Source of the DNA: a virus
Lineage: Duplodnaviria > Caudoviricetes
IMG/VR virus record: IMGVR_UViG_3300043416_000175
Span: 1 to 24,527 of that record
Length of the DNA: 24,527 nt
Reading direction: 5' to 3' (one strand)
Shown: one piece after another, positions 24,486 through 24,527 of the stretch
How positions within the stretch are numbered: position 1 is the first letter of the stretch
Layout: every line of letters begins with the position of its first letter
The notes under the pieces: model-generated
The model's database searches: none
What the model saw: only the letters and a program-made list of their open reading frames with translations
Told to the model about the DNA's origin: nothing
Program-made: the position numbers and the translations under genes

Positions 24486-24527
24486 TTACATTGTTCCGTT
24501 AGCAACAACATTGCCAATCACAGTCAA
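24486..24527 (-). CDS. 3' end of an upstream late gene (partial)
   Basis: ...LTVIGNVVANGTM-stop, 2 nt before the next ATG; resembles the beta-strand terminus of tail-associated proteins. Confidence 0.45.
   Translation of the reverse strand: MTVIGNVVANGTM

Noticed and set aside
1-24527. Integrase/att site, tRNA, reverse transcriptase/DGR, intron/intein, or genetic-code reassignment
   Set aside because: No such motifs were seen. terL, pol and the helicases are uninterrupted and of normal length, and genes tile densely under the standard code.

Overview
A 24.5-kb segment of a tailed dsDNA phage (Caudoviricetes, podovirus-like, probably infecting a Gram-negative host; the host is inferred, not shown). 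It has five alternating transcription blocks. (1) Leftward packaging genes: terS-like, an unknown gene, terL and a portal that runs off the left edge. (2) A repeat-rich control region at about 3985-4800 with a C-tract, a GGCC-rich block, 9-bp TGTGGG(C/T)CA arrays in direct and inverted orientation around (TA)10, and a sigma70 promoter. It is followed by a rightward cassette of small early genes, including a Gp88-like Cys-motif protein, ending at a bidirectional terminator. (3) A leftward replication operon: Cas4-like/DUF2800 nuclease, SSB-like protein, family A DNA polymerase and a RepB'-type primase/SF3 helicase fusion. (4) A rightward block with VRR-NUC, SNF2 helicase and small ORFs. (5) Leftward late genes: three large putative ejection proteins, then a lysis cassette of two unknown membrane proteins, a 3TM holin and an M15 peptidase endolysin. 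No integrase, tRNA or CRISPR array is visible. The most notable observations are an apparent AUU-initiated membrane protein heading a lysis cassette with no recognisable spanin pair, an origin-like repeat architecture reminiscent of IncQ oriV paired with a RepB'-like primase, and a sharp GGCC/CpG compositional switch next to terS. Family assignments come from motif recognition by eye, not database searches.
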